64,000 nt of DNA from positions 31,237-95,236 of the forward strand of contig NJBK01000005.1 in the NCBI GenBank assembly GCA_005223035.1. Direction: 5' to 3'. Both the position numbers and the translations under genes were made by a program. The stretch comes from Chloroflexi bacterium B3_Chlor (GTDB taxonomy: Bacteria; Chloroflexota; Anaerolineae; UBA7937; B3-Chlor). Each line of letters opens with the position of its first letter. Positions within the stretch are counted from its first letter, which is position 1. The notes under the pieces are model-generated. The model was given only the letters and a program-made list of their open reading frames with translations. It made no database searches and was not told where the DNA came from. Shown one piece after another: positions 46,942 through 57,508 of this stretch.

Positions 46942-49197
46942 ATGGCTGGCAATCGGGCTGCATTTGAGGCCGCTGTGAAGAAAGGCCATAGCTACGCGTG
47001 GGAGAAGCGGTGGATGAAAGCCATTGAGCAGTATGAGTTGGCCACCACTGAATTCCCTGACGATGCTACAGCTCGGAGCGGCTTAGCTTTTGCTTACCTT
47101 AAGGGCGACAGGTTGAGGGAGGCTTTGCGGGAGTACAGAAAGGTTTGTGAGCTAGGACCGGGTGACCCGTCGCCGAGGCGAAAGATAGCCCAGATTCTCG
47201 AGGATTTGGGCCGGGTTACAGACGCTGTAGAAGCTTGGATGACTTTGGCCGAACTGTCCGTACAGCAGAAGGACTTGAGGCAGGCGATCGAAGCTTGGCA
47301 GCAGGCCATCCGCTTGCAGCCAGTAAACAAAGAAGCTCATGAGAAGCTTGCTGACGCTCACGCTTACAGATCTAACACGGCAGAGGCCATCAAGCAATTT
47401 CTGACTCTGGCGCGGCTCCACTACGAGGATGGTGAGCATCAGCAGGCAGTGGAGTATTGCCAGCGGGTCCTGTCCCTTGATGGTCGGAACAAAGCGGCTC
47501 GCGTCCTCTTGGAGCGCGTGGCTTCCGACGGAGAGACAGACTTTACTGTAGAATCCATCGTCATGCGAAGGGAGGAACTCGGACCCGTGGACGTGGCGGT
47601 CCAACAGGCGCTTGCTAGCTTGGCGGAGGCTCTTCTCGGGGAGGGAGAGCTCGTTGAAGGCACCGAACGTGTCGGCACAGAGGGGAATAACCTGGAGTCC
47701 CACTCGAGCCCCGTGCCTGATGTCGGAACCGTTCTAGGCAAGGCTATTGACGCTCATTCCAGGGGGCGGATCGACCAGGCATTGAGCTACTACGAGCAGG
47801 CGTTTCAGATGGGAGTGGGGCGAGTTGAGGTGTTATTCAATCTGGGGCTTCTTTACAAGGAACGATCGCGTTTCGAAGAAGCTGTGGATGTCCTGGAGAG
47901 ATCGGTGAAGGTGCCCGAGTACCGCCTGCCTAGCCATCTTGCCCTGGGTGAGTGTCACTGGGCTCAGGGCGAGGCAAATGCGGCTCTGGATCATTTCCTT
48001 GAGGCGCTGAAGATCATAGAATTGGATATCATGGGCCTGGACCGAGCCGATGAGATCGCCCGCTGCTACCGAGACCTGGCTGATAGCCATGGGAGTCGAG
48101 GTGATGGGCGGGAAACAGAAGTATTCGTTCACTCTTTGACCGAGTTCCTCAGTGGCAGCGATTGGAAACGGAAGGCCGTCGAGGCGCGGCAGAAGCTTGA
48201 TAGTTTGGCTGGAGACGGTATCAGTCTCATTCTTCCCGAGTTACTGGAGGTTCCTGGCGGCGATGAAGTGCTGGATATCATGGCGAAGAGCCGGGAATAC
48301 CTGAAGAATGACATGCCCTTCATAGCCTTGGAGGAGTGCTACAGGGCCATAGAGATGGCTCCTACGTATTTGCCGCTGCACATCAGGTTGGCGGAGATAT
48401 TCGCACAGCAGGGCAAGGCGGAGGAAGCCGTGAGCAAGTACGCCGCCGTGGCTGAGGCCTATTTGATGAGGGATAGTCCGTACAAGGCCATCGAAGCATA
48501 CGGCCGAGCCCTGCAGGCGGCACCCATGAGCACATCCATCCGGGAGAAGTTGATAGACCTGCTCATAGAGCACGATGAGATAGATCTGGCTGTGGACGAA
48601 TACGTGGCTCTGGGTGAGAGTTGCTATCGGCTGGCTCGTGTGGATATGGCTTTGGAGAGATACGACCAAGCTTTGGGCTTGGTTCATCGAACGGCAACGC
48701 CGACGGACTGGGAGGTCAGGATACTGCATCGAATGGCTGATCTTCACATGCAGCGAGTCCGCTGGAAGAGAGCGATGGCCATCTACGAGAAGATTAGACA
48801 GTTGTCGCCCAGCGATGAAGACGCCAGGCTTCGCTTGGTTGAGTTGCACTACAAACTCGGCCAGCAAGAACTGGCTTTGAGGGAACTGGATGCCTTGATC
48901 GTCCACTACGGAACGCTGAAGGAGTTCGAGAAGATCACTAACACCTTGCGAGAACTGGTTTCAACAGACCCGCAGGATATCTCTCTCCGGTCGCGGTTGG
49001 GCAGGATATATATTGAGCTTGGTATGAAGAAGGAAGCGATAGCGGAGCTTGACACCGTGGGAGAGTTACAATTAGAGGCCGGTCGCAAAAGAGAAGCAAT
49101 CGAAACCCTTCGGACCATAATAGCCCTGGGACCCGAGGAAAAAGACGCGTATACGCAACTCTTGGGCGAACTGGACAAGAGTCCAGACTCCGAGTGA
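46942..49197 (+). CDS. Tetratricopeptide-repeat protein, 751 aa
   Basis: Repeated A..Y..AL.L.P motifs throughout (AIEQYELATTEFPDDATA.., AIEAWQQAIRLQPVNKEA..). GAGGGGA lies upstream of the ATG. Confidence 0.75.
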   Translation: MAGNRAAFEAAVKKGHSYAWEKRWMKAIEQYELATTEFPDDATARSGLAFAYLKGDRLREALREYRKVCELGPGDPSPRRKIAQILEDLGRVTDAVEAWMTLAELSVQQKDLRQAIEAWQQAIRLQPVNKEAHEKLADAHAYRSNTAEAIKQFLTLARLHYEDGEHQQAVEYCQRVLSLDGRNKAARVLLERVASDGETDFTVESIVMRREELGPVDVAVQQALASLAEALLGEGELVEGTERVGTEGNNLESHSSPVPDVGTVLGKAIDAHSRGRIDQALSYYEQAFQMGVGRVEVLFNLGLLYKERSRFEEAVDVLERSVKVPEYRLPSHLALGECHWAQGEANAALDHFLEALKIIELDIMGLDRADEIARCYRDLADSHGSRGDGRETEVFVHSLTEFLSGSDWKRKAVEARQKLDSLAGDGISLILPELLEVPGGDEVLDIMAKSREYLKNDMPFIALEECYRAIEMAPTYLPLHIRLAEIFAQQGKAEEAVSKYAAVAEAYLMRDSPYKAIEAYGRALQAAPMSTSIREKLIDLLIEHDEIDLAVDEYVALGESCYRLARVDMALERYDQALGLVHRTATPTDWEVRILHRMADLHMQRVRWKRAMAIYEKIRQLSPSDEDARLRLVELHYKLGQQELALRELDALIVHYGTLKEFEKITNTLRELVSTDPQDISLRSRLGRIYIELGMKKEAIAELDTVGELQLEAGRKREAIETLRTIIALGPEEKDAYTQLLGELDKSPDSE

Positions 49198-49211
49198 GCT
49201 AGTATGATGGC

Positions 49212-50012
49212 TTGGAAGGAGCGGCGTCAGGTACTGCGAGGGGTCACGTGTCGGACGTTCTGTGGATACTTTCGCATTTTCACCTAAGAGACCTCGTTGA
49301 CATACTGCTTGTGACTGTGATCTTCTGGGGGTTGCTCTTCCTCGTGAAGGGAACTAGGGCAGTTGCCCTGATGAGGGGGGTTCTTCTCCTCGTCATTGTC
49401 GCCGTATTGGCCAGCAATTTCCTCTCTCTAACTGCCTTCAACTGGCTGATTAGGAATACACTTCCTGCGCTCTTGGTAGCCGTGCCGGTGATCTTTCAGC
49501 CGGAACTCCGGCGGGCTTTGGAGCGCCTTGGACGGGGTGGAGGCCTGATAAGTTTCTCGCCGACAGAAGCCGGAGCGATGAAGGTCAGCAGGCACATCGC
49601 TCGAGCGGCGCAACTGCTGGCGGAGCGTAGGCACGGGGCTTTGATAGTGGTAGAGCGCGACACAGGCCTCCAGGAGTATGTGGATACTGGGGTGCCAATA
49701 GATGGTGAAGTCAGTGCCGAGCTTCTGCTGACCATTTTTCAGCCGAACACTGCACTGCACGACGGCGCAGCCATTATAAGGGGTGACAGAATCGTCGCTG
49801 CCGCCTGCATTCTGCCCCTGGCCGAGATCAGTCACCTGCGCCGTGGCTTGGGGCTGCGACACAGAGCAGCGGCGGGCATTACCGAGCAGAGCGATGCTCT
49901 GGCTACGGTCGTTTCTGAGGAAACCGGTGTCATCTCGGTGGCGAGGTACGGACGTTTGGTGAGCCATCTGGATGAATCTCGCTTGAGAGAGGTGCTGCGG
50001 TCTACGCAGTAG
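49212..50012 (+). CDS. cdaA: Diadenylate cyclase CdaA (DAC domain, three N-terminal TM segments)
   Basis: ..ALHDGAAIIRGDRIVAAACILPL..GLRHRAAAGITEQSDALATVVSEETGVIS. The likely real start is GTG at 49248, after GAGGGG. Confidence 0.85.
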   Translation: MEGAASGTARGHVSDVLWILSHFHLRDLVDILLVTVIFWGLLFLVKGTRAVALMRGVLLLVIVAVLASNFLSLTAFNWLIRNTLPALLVAVPVIFQPELRRALERLGRGGGLISFSPTEAGAMKVSRHIARAAQLLAERRHGALIVVERDTGLQEYVDTGVPIDGEVSAELLLTIFQPNTALHDGAAIIRGDRIVAAACILPLAEISHLRRGLGLRHRAAAGITEQSDALATVVSEETGVISVARYGRLVSHLDESRLREVLRSTQ

Positions 50013-50070
50013 TAGAACTGCAGTGAGGTCAGTGCCTTTAGTCTGGAGGCACTTCTCTGACAAAGGGTAA

Positions 50071-51291
50071 GTGGGCATGACACGTTCTCTCCTCAGTTTC
50101 AGTAATCTGAGTTCACTGATAATGGCGTTAATCCTGGCATTGATGGTCTGGATGGGGGCCGCAATTCAGGAAAACCCGTTCGCCGAGGGGTTCCTGCCCG
50201 AAGAGGTCCCCGTGGAGGTGATCAACAGAGGAGGGGGCTTCGTCATTGTGGGAGGAGTTGATCAAGGCGTCAGGGTCAAGGTGCGGACCCCGGAATCTGT
50301 TTGGGAGGACCTTAGGGCCAGCAGTTTTCGCGCCTACGTGGATCTGGAGGGTTTGGACGTGGGATTGCATGAGGTGCCCGTTCAGGTAGAGCCGGCTGGC
50401 AATCTGGTGAGGGTCCTGGAGACGTCACCTGCGGTGCTCACGCTGCGGCTGGACCGGAGGTCCGAGGGAATAGTCCCCGTTAGAGTCAGCACTGTTGGCG
50501 AGCCCCCGCAGGGATATAAGAGGGGAAGTCTGCAGGTGGATCCAGGTCATGTAATAGTCAGTGGACCACGGACCTTGGTGGATCAGGTGGTGCATGTCAC
50601 GGCGGAGGTGTACCTCAGAGGGGAAAAAGAAGCCTTCGAGCGCAATGCCGTACTCACGCCGAGGGATGATGTCGGCAACGCTGTAACAGGGTTAGAGATA
50701 GACCACCAATCGGTGAGGGTGACTGTGCCTATAGAACGAATAGTGGGCTATCGGGACCTGTCTATCAAGACCGTGACTCAAGGGACGCCAGCTCCTGGCT
50801 ATTGGATTAGCAGCATCAGTGCTGACCCTTCTACCGTTACCGTTGTCGGAGATCCTGAGGTCGTTGACGAAATACCTGGCTATTTGGAGACCCATCCTAT
50901 CGACGTTGAGGGTGCCCGAGAAGATATCTCACAGCAGGTGGCTATACTCTTTCCAGAAGACGTGTCTTCGTTGGAGGATGTAGCAACTGTTCAAGCCATC
51001 ATCGAGATATCCCCCGTTCTTGGAGGGCAGACCGTGCAACTCACCCCTGTGGTCCAAGGCTTGGGTAGAGGCCTAGAGGCTAGTTTCTCTCCCGATACGG
51101 TGGAAGTCATCCTTTCAGGTCCTCTGTCAGAGCTCGAGGCCTTGGAGGCAGGAGACGTGCGAGTCCTTCTAGACCTCTCGGACTATGAACCGGGCACTCA
51201 TTTCGTCCCCCTCACGGTGGACAGGCCTGAATCACTGGAGGTACAGGCTATTCTTCCCGACCAGGTCGAGGTGGTGATTCGGGAATCATGA
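50071..51291 (+). CDS. cdaR: CdaR (YbbR-domain) regulator of diadenylate cyclase
   Basis: N-terminal TM segment, then repeated YbbR-like modules (..VPVEVIN.., ..[15 protein letters not shown].., ..VTVPIERI..). It lies directly downstream of cdaA. Confidence 0.75.
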   Translation: MGMTRSLLSFSNLSSLIMALILALMVWMGAAIQENPFAEGFLPEEVPVEVINRGGGFVIVGGVDQGVRVKVRTPESVWEDLRASSFRAYVDLEGLDVGLHEVPVQVEPAGNLVRVLETSPAVLTLRLDRRSEGIVPVRVSTVGEPPQGYKRGSLQVDPGHVIVSGPRTLVDQVVHVTAEVYLRGEKEAFERNAVLTPRDDVGNAVTGLEIDHQSVRVTVPIERIVGYRDLSIKTVTQGTPAPGYWISSISADPSTVTVVGDPEVVDEIPGYLETHPIDVEGAREDISQQVAILFPEDVSSLEDVATVQAIIEISPVLGGQTVQLTPVVQGLGRGLEASFSPDTVEVILSGPLSELEALEAGDVRVLLDLSDYEPGTHFVPLTVDRPESLEVQAILPDQVEVVIRES

Positions 51292-52598
51292 CCAAGCCCT
51301 TGGTCGCCCTGGTTGGTCGCCCGAATGTGGGCAAGTCCACTCTTTTCAACCGCCTGATTGAGGAGCCCCTGGCCATTGTCGAAGATGTGCCAGGTACCAC
51401 CCGAGATCGAATCTATGCCGATGCCGAGTGGGGTGGCCGCGCCCTCACTCTGATAGATACGGGCGGGTTGTTTCCTGATTCCACTGGTGACCTCGTGGCT
51501 TCGGTCCGGGATCAAGTAGAGATAGCCATTGCTGAGGCAGAGGTCATCATTTTCATGGTTGATGTCAAGGAAGGGTTGACGGCAAGCGACCTCGAAATAG
51601 CCCAGCTTCTCCGGCGTTCGAACAAGCCTGTGCTCCTGGCAGTCAACAAGGCGGACAACGAGAGCCGTCGCAGGGCGGCGGTGGAATTCCACGAGTTGGG
51701 CCTGGGCGATCTGTATCCCATTTCGGCTTTGCACGGCACCGGCACGGGAGACCTGCTAGATGCTCTCTTGCACGTCCTGCCCCCTCGGCAACCGGAAGAG
51801 TCGGCAGAGGGGATCAAGGTAGCGATAGTAGGCCGACCCAATGTGGGTAAATCCTCGCTTCTCAACGCCATCCTGGGTCAAGAACGCATGATCGTCAGCG
51901 AAAAGCCAGGCACGACCCGAGATGCCGTGGATAGCTTCATCGAATGGGATGGGCAGCCTGTGACGTTGATAGACACAGCGGGCATTCGACGACGCGGCCG
52001 TGTGGCGGCTGGCATAGAGAGATACAGCGTCATACGGGCGCTGAGGGCCGTTCAGCGTGCCGACGTGGTCTTGCTGTTGATAGACGCTGTGGATGGGGTT
52101 ACGGCTCAAGACGCTCATATCACTGGTTACATCCTGGACGAGGCCAAGGGTATCGTTGTCGTCGTGAACAAGTGGGATCTGGTCCAAAAGGACAGCTACA
52201 CCATGGAGCAATACTCCCGTCAGATCAGACGCGCGCTCAAATTTGTCTCCTATTCCCCCTTGGTCTTTGCCTCCGCCATTACTGGACAGCGGGTGGGAAA
52301 GGCGATGGATGTGGCTTTGAGGGTCCAACGAGCAAGATCCGTCAGGGTACCTACGGCCGAACTAAACAAGCTCATGCGAGATGCCGTGTCCCGGCACTCA
52401 CCACCCTCCAAGAGGGGCAGGCGCCTGAGAATCTACTACGCGACGCAGGTCGGGGTAGCTCCTCCCTCCTTCGTCTTGTTCGTGAACGATCCTCAGTTGG
52501 TGCATTTCACTTATCATCGGTACTTGCAAAACCAGTTACGAGAGGCCATTGGCTTTGAAGGCTCGCCTTTGCGACTTACGTTCCGCAAAAGGGCGTAG
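51288..52598 (+). CDS. der: Ribosome-associated GTPase Der (EngA)
   Basis: Two G domains, [13 protein letters not shown] and [13 protein letters not shown], plus a KH-like C-terminus. The start overlaps the cdaR stop (ATGA). Confidence 0.95.
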   Translation: MTKPLVALVGRPNVGKSTLFNRLIEEPLAIVEDVPGTTRDRIYADAEWGGRALTLIDTGGLFPDSTGDLVASVRDQVEIAIAEAEVIIFMVDVKEGLTASDLEIAQLLRRSNKPVLLAVNKADNESRRRAAVEFHELGLGDLYPISALHGTGTGDLLDALLHVLPPRQPEESAEGIKVAIVGRPNVGKSSLLNAILGQERMIVSEKPGTTRDAVDSFIEWDGQPVTLIDTAGIRRRGRVAAGIERYSVIRALRAVQRADVVLLLIDAVDGVTAQDAHITGYILDEAKGIVVVVNKWDLVQKDSYTMEQYSRQIRRALKFVSYSPLVFASAITGQRVGKAMDVALRVQRARSVRVPTAELNKLMRDAVSRHSPPSKRGRRLRIYYATQVGVAPPSFVLFVNDPQLVHFTYHRYLQNQLREAIGFEGSPLRLTFRKRA

Positions 52599-52632
52599 CA
52601 GGGGTGGGCGGTGAGGAGCGATATCAGCGCTG

Positions 52633-53790
52633 CTACCTTGCGCCGAGCACCTGGCGAGCGATGACCAGTCTCTGAATCTCTGAGGTCCCCTCGCCTATTT
52701 GGGTAAGTCGATTGTCTCTGTAGAAACGTTCAACGGGGTAGTCTTTGGTATACCCATAGCCGGCGTAGATTTGCATTGCGTTGAAGCAGGCCAGTTCAGC
52801 AGCCTCTGAGGCAAAAAGCTTCCCCATGGCCGCCTCCTTCGTGAACTTCTTTCCTTGATCCTCCAGATAGGCGGATTTGTACACCAGTAGTCGTGCGGCC
52901 TCCAGTCTGGTAGCCGCGTCGGCTATCATCCACTGGACGGCCTGAAAGTCGGCGATCGGCCGCCCAAATTGGTGTCGCTCCTTGGCGTATTTGACGGAGG
53001 CTTCCAGTGCCGCCTGCCCGAGCCCCAACGCCATTGCGCCTATGCTGATGCGACCTCCATCGAGCACTTCTAGGATCTGCCCGAACCCTTCACCCTCTTT
53101 GCCCAAGAGGTTCTCCTTGGGGATTCGACACTCCTCGTAGAAGAGCTGCGAGGTGGGAGAGCCTCTTAGTCCGAACTTGTCTTCTTCCTTCCCCACCGAA
53201 AACCCCGGTCTATCGGTCTCCACAATGAGTGTAGATATCCCGTGAGAGCCTGGGGCAGAAGGGTCAGTCTTGGCGACGGTGATCACTGTTTCCGCCAGGG
53301 GCCCATTTGTTATCAACGACTTGGCTCCGTTGATCACCCATTCGTTGCCGTCTAGGACAGCGGTGGTCTTCGTCGAGCCCGCGTCTGAACCAGCCTCAGG
53401 TTCCGTCAGGCCCAACGCTCCGATTGCCTCGCCCCTGGCGAGGGGAGTGAGGTACTTTCTCTTCTGCTCCTCGCTCCCGAAAAGATAGATGGGTGAGCTG
53501 CCCAGAGAGATGTGGGCCGCGTAGGAGATACCATGCGAACCGCAAGCGCGAGATATCTCTTCCACGGCTATGGCATAGCACACGGTGTCCGCTCCCGCCC
53601 CACCATATTCTTCTGGCCAGGGCAGGCCCATGATCCCGAGGTCTCCCATCTTCTTGAAAGTCTCGAAGGGGAAGCGGCCTTCCCGGTCAATCTCGCTGGC
53701 GATGGGCATGATCTCATTCTCGGCAAAATCACGCACCATCTCACGGATCATTCGTTGTTCTTCACTGAGCTGGAAATCCATGATCTTCAA
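52633..53790 (-). CDS. Acyl-CoA dehydrogenase
   Basis: ..GLTEPEAGSD..ITNGP..IGEGTSEIQRLVIAR. Confidence 0.9.
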   Translation of the reverse strand: MKIMDFQLSEEQRMIREMVRDFAENEIMPIASEIDREGRFPFETFKKMGDLGIMGLPWPEEYGGAGADTVCYAIAVEEISRACGSHGISYAAHISLGSSPIYLFGSEEQKRKYLTPLARGEAIGALGLTEPEAGSDAGSTKTTAVLDGNEWVINGAKSLITNGPLAETVITVAKTDPSAPGSHGISTLIVETDRPGFSVGKEEDKFGLRGSPTSQLFYEECRIPKENLLGKEGEGFGQILEVLDGGRISIGAMALGLGQAALEASVKYAKERHQFGRPIADFQAVQWMIADAATRLEAARLLVYKSAYLEDQGKKFTKEAAMGKLFASEAAELACFNAMQIYAGYGYTKDYPVERFYRDNRLTQIGEGTSEIQRLVIARQVLGAR

Positions 53791-53883
53791 TCCTCTTTCG
53801 GCATCTGGCGATCACCGTCCGCTGTGTGCAGCCAGAGGCTTTGCGCCAGCTCGGACCCCCCTTCTGGTGGTGCGACCCACCGC

Positions 53884-54357
53884 CTATACAGGTTTGAAAT
53901 GCTCGATGTCGAGGATGGAGCCCTCCCGCCCCTTCTTGGGTTTGAAGACGGCCTCCACTGGCATGCCGATTTCCACGTCCTCCGGCTTTACCTCGCCTAG
54001 CCTGTGAACCAGACCGCCGTGAGCGCCTTCCACCTTGATGAGAGCCAGTATCTCGGGTTGCTCCAAGGGCTCACCCTCCAGCGATACCCCAACAACGGTG
54101 TACGTGTGGACGGTTCCCTTGGTGCCGACCTCTACCCACTCCTCTAGTTCGGCCAAACACCTTTCGCAGTACATCATCGGCGGCAGGTAAGTGAGGTTGC
54201 ACGACGGACAGACTGAGCCCATGATCACGCCTCGATCCTTGATGGCGCGGAAGAACTTCTCCCCAGCGATGCCGACAGTGTACAAACTCTCTATCGGTAT
54301 GTTATCGTACCAGACTTTAGCGTCTGCAGAGGTAGTTATCCTCTCAACAAGCGACAT
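53884..54357 (-). CDS. DUF35 Zn-ribbon/OB-fold protein
   Basis: CPSC..(15 aa)..CERC rubredoxin-like ribbon followed by an OB-fold-like C-terminus. Confidence 0.75.
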   Translation of the reverse strand: MSLVERITTSADAKVWYDNIPIESLYTVGIAGEKFFRAIKDRGVIMGSVCPSCNLTYLPPMMYCERCLAELEEWVEVGTKGTVHTYTVVGVSLEGEPLEQPEILALIKVEGAHGGLVHRLGEVKPEDVEIGMPVEAVFKPKKGREGSILDIEHFKPV

Positions 54358-54420
54358 AGTGATGCCTCCTTGGATTCTGCCAGAAGCAAGGTTACCTGCA
54401 AACTCAGGCTGTTCCGGCCC

Positions 54421-54927
54421 CTATGTGGGTTTGAAGTACCTGATATCTGTGATGGCGCCGGTGCGCTCGTCGGCTGGTTTCCATACTGCCTGTACCTTCA
54501 TGCCGATTGTGACATCATCGGCATTCACCTCGTCAAGTAGGTGCAGAATGCCGGCGCCCTTGGAAGCTCCATCTATCTCTATGACGGCCGGGATCTGGGG
54601 CTCTTTTGCCCTGCTTGCATCCCAACGTATGTAGCAGATGGAGAACGTGTTGACCGTGCCGGTATCTTTCAAGTACACCCAGTCATCCATGGGTTCCCAG
54701 CACCACTCGCATACCACTCGAGGAGGCACCACTGTGCTCCGACAGCGGCTACACTTAATCCCGATAATGCGACCATTCTTCAGCTCTGCCAAGTAACGGC
54801 TGATGGCCACTCCTGCATCCCATCCGTACTCCAGCTTCGGTTTCCAATGGGTGGTGAGGATCTTGCCCTCGTCGAAGTCAGCCTGACTGAGGGGTGTACC
54901 AGGGAAGTTCTCCACGTTGGCACTCAT
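54421..54927 (-). CDS. DUF35 Zn-ribbon/OB-fold protein
   Basis: CSRC..(11 aa)..CEWC followed by an OB-fold-like C-terminus. Confidence 0.75.
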   Translation of the reverse strand: MSANVENFPGTPLSQADFDEGKILTTHWKPKLEYGWDAGVAISRYLAELKNGRIIGIKCSRCRSTVVPPRVVCEWCWEPMDDWVYLKDTGTVNTFSICYIRWDASRAKEPQIPAVIEIDGASKGAGILHLLDEVNADDVTIGMKVQAVWKPADERTGAITDIRYFKPT

Positions 54928-54972
54928 CTTCTCAGCCTCCTGTGGTTTGGTGCACCAGCTCGTAGCGGGCTT

Positions 54973-56136
54973 CTAGACGCCCAGTATCATCACACATCCT
55001 ACCTGCATCAGGTCGCCCCACGATTGGGCAAGGCCCGTTTTCGGCTGGCCCGGAACCTGTCTCTTTCCCGCCTCTCCCCTTAGCTGCCAGAAGATCTCAG
55101 ATATCTTCATCAATCCAGCGGCTGCGATGGGATTTCCAACTCCCAACATGCCGCCTGAGGGGCAAACCGGCATATTGCCGTCACGCGCGGTCACGCCTTC
55201 AGCGGTAAGGCGCGGAGCGTCACCTTTGTCGGCCAACAGAAGCCCTTCCAGATGGTGGAGTTCTTTGTAATCGAAGGGATCGTAGGGTTCCACCACATGG
55301 ATCTCTTTCCTTGGCTCCGTTATCCCAGCCATGTCGTAGGCCATGCGAGCAGCGTACTCGACGTACTTGGGATAGTACAGGTCGCGACTGGTCCAGTAGG
55401 CAGTATCCAACGACCAGCCGACACCTCTGACCCAGGCCGGCTTGTCCGTGATCCGCTTGGCCACGTGCTCCGCTGCCATGACAATCGCAACCGCACCATC
55501 GCTGGTGGGGCTGATATCCAGTCGCTGCACCGGCCAGGCCAGCACTTCGGAGTTCAAAACGTCCTCCACGGTGATGTTGGCAGCTAGCTGCGCGCAAGGG
55601 TGATCCAGAGCGTTGCGCTTATTCTTGACGGCCACGAGGGCGATATCCTTTTTCTCAATGCCGTGCATGGTCATGTAGCGGTTCATCTCCAAGGCGAAAA
55701 TCCATATTAGATTGGGCTTCAGAGCTCGCTCTGTGGTGTGATCGAAGATGGTCAAGAAAGCTCCTTGAGGATGAGGCATGCAGCTTGACATCTTTTCCTC
55801 ACACACCACGAGGCAGGTGTCGAATAGGCCTGAGGCCACGTGATACCAGCCCTGTATGGCTGCGAAGACGCCGGTCCCGCCCCCGACATAGCATCTCATG
55901 TATGGCTTGTGCCAGGCGCCCGCCCCATCGCTCAAGTACTCACCTTTCATATGCAGTCCGTCAAAGGCATCGGGCGCCGTTCCCAAGGCTACAGCATCTA
56001 TGTCATCGAGGGTCATCTCGCAGGAGTCGAGAGCCATTCTGCTGGCTTGAAACGCCAGTTCCCGTCCCGTTTCCTGGGCTCGCCGCATGAACTTGGTCAT
56101 CCCCGCTCCTACGACGGCTACCTTTCTCATAGCCAT
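54973..56136 (-). CDS. Thiolase-fold (SCP-x/Ltp-type) protein lacking the canonical nucleophilic Cys
   Basis: MRKVAVVGAGMTKF..; ..NPIAAAGLMKISEIFWQLRGEAG. At the C(A/S)(S/T)G position it reads YVGGGTG, upstream of ASG..D..VV.EEKMS. Confidence 0.8.
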   Translation of the reverse strand: MAMRKVAVVGAGMTKFMRRAQETGRELAFQASRMALDSCEMTLDDIDAVALGTAPDAFDGLHMKGEYLSDGAGAWHKPYMRCYVGGGTGVFAAIQGWYHVASGLFDTCLVVCEEKMSSCMPHPQGAFLTIFDHTTERALKPNLIWIFALEMNRYMTMHGIEKKDIALVAVKNKRNALDHPCAQLAANITVEDVLNSEVLAWPVQRLDISPTSDGAVAIVMAAEHVAKRITDKPAWVRGVGWSLDTAYWTSRDLYYPKYVEYAARMAYDMAGITEPRKEIHVVEPYDPFDYKELHHLEGLLLADKGDAPRLTAEGVTARDGNMPVCPSGGMLGVGNPIAAAGLMKISEIFWQLRGEAGKRQVPGQPKTGLAQSWGDLMQVGCVMILGV

Positions 56137-56204
56137 TACCTAGCCTCCTTGTCCAATCGTGATCAGAGGTTTATGCCTCAGTGGGAGGCCGACCTCACTC
56201 CTTT

Positions 56205-57353
56205 TCAGATGCTCAGAACCACCGCCGCGCCGCTGGTGGTGGGGATACTGCGCCAGCCAAAAGCCAGGCCGGTTTCCACATCCTCCAGCTGCCGTTGGCC
56301 AGCTTCCCCCCTGAGTTGCAGTACTACTTCCAAGACCCTCGCCAGACCTGAGGCATCCAGAAGATGCCCTACTCCCAGGCTACCTCCAGAAGGGTTGAGG
56401 GGCAATTCGCCATCCAGTTCCGTCGTTCCCTCTTCGACCAGAAGGCCTGCCTCTCCCTCTCTACACAGCCCCAGCGCCTCCATGTGTTGCAGTTCCTTGT
56501 AGGCAAAGGTGTCATCCACCTCCGCGAAATCAATCTCCAAGCGAGGGTTCCGGATGCCAGCCAGGCGGTAGGCCATCCTCGCCGAGTTGCGAGCGTACGT
56601 GGCACTCTCCCAATCTCTCGTCTCTAGCGATGGCGTTTCATTGCACCAGCCCACCCCCATGATCCAGATGGGCAGGGCGCTCAACTCCTGGGCCACGTCG
56701 CCTGAGGCCAGGACCATCACGATGGCGCCGTCGGCATGGGAGCTGACCTCCAGCCTCTTCAGGGGGTGGGAGAGTGGCTCTGAGGACAGAACCGCGTCGA
56801 GGCTTAAGCTGGCACCGTAGGCTGCGGAAGGATTGAGGAAACCGTTGGCTCGGTTCTTGACCACTACCTGAGCGCACTGTTCCTCCGTGGTACCAGTCTT
56901 GTAGAGGTACCGGTTCATCTCCATGCCCGCGATGAACAGTGGGTTGGCGCGCAAAGGCCGATTGTAGACGGGATCCATCGCATAGGCGACGACATCGCTG
57001 AGCGTGAGAACGTTGGATGCTTTGCTGTGGGCCTCAACCATTACGATATCCATCGCGCCGGTGAGCACCTGCATGTATGCCGCGATGAGCCCGTGGATAC
57101 CGTCCCCGGCGATGGTGTGCACTGGTTTCAGAACTCCCCCGATCTGGTCCGGGACATACTCATCGAATATGCTCGTCCCCTCATTGAAGTCCTCAGCCAC
57201 GCTTACAAAGCTTTCCACATCGCGCCTGGGGTCCACGCCGGCGTCCTCGTAGGCCTTCGCTGCCGCTTCATACATCAGTTCTTTGTACGACAAATCTGGC
57301 GTAATGGACCGAAAGCCAGAATACCCTACACCGACGATAGCCACTTGCCTCAT
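56205..57353 (-). CDS. Thiolase-fold (SCP-x/Ltp-type) protein lacking the canonical nucleophilic Cys
   Basis: MRQVAIVGVGYSGF..; ..NPSGGSLGVGHLLDASGL..VLQLRGEAG. The nucleophile position reads IAGDGIHG. The start ATG at 57353 lies 7 nt after GAGGAGG. Confidence 0.8.
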   Translation of the reverse strand: MRQVAIVGVGYSGFRSITPDLSYKELMYEAAAKAYEDAGVDPRRDVESFVSVAEDFNEGTSIFDEYVPDQIGGVLKPVHTIAGDGIHGLIAAYMQVLTGAMDIVMVEAHSKASNVLTLSDVVAYAMDPVYNRPLRANPLFIAGMEMNRYLYKTGTTEEQCAQVVVKNRANGFLNPSAAYGASLSLDAVLSSEPLSHPLKRLEVSSHADGAIVMVLASGDVAQELSALPIWIMGVGWCNETPSLETRDWESATYARNSARMAYRLAGIRNPRLEIDFAEVDDTFAYKELQHMEALGLCREGEAGLLVEEGTTELDGELPLNPSGGSLGVGHLLDASGLARVLEVVLQLRGEAGQRQLEDVETGLAFGWRSIPTTSGAAVVLSI

Positions 57354-57466
57354 CTGACGATCCTCCTCACTTTGGTGCTGGGCCTGATGCATGCGACGGG
57401 GCCGGGCAGCCGCACCATGTTGCTGGTGTCAGGCGTTCACGATTCAAGATCATCACTGGCTTAGCT

Positions 57467-57482
57467 GCAGCGGATCCGCTGC
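57467..57482. promoter_or_regulatory. Perfect 16-nt palindrome GCAGCGGATCCGCTGC upstream of the thiolase operon
   Basis: Read directly from the sequence. It lies about 115 nt upstream of the ATG at 57353. No T-tract follows, so it could be an operator or a hairpin. Confidence 0.35.
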
Positions 57483-57508
57483 CGCGCGTCCTCCTCACTG
57501 CTTAATGA

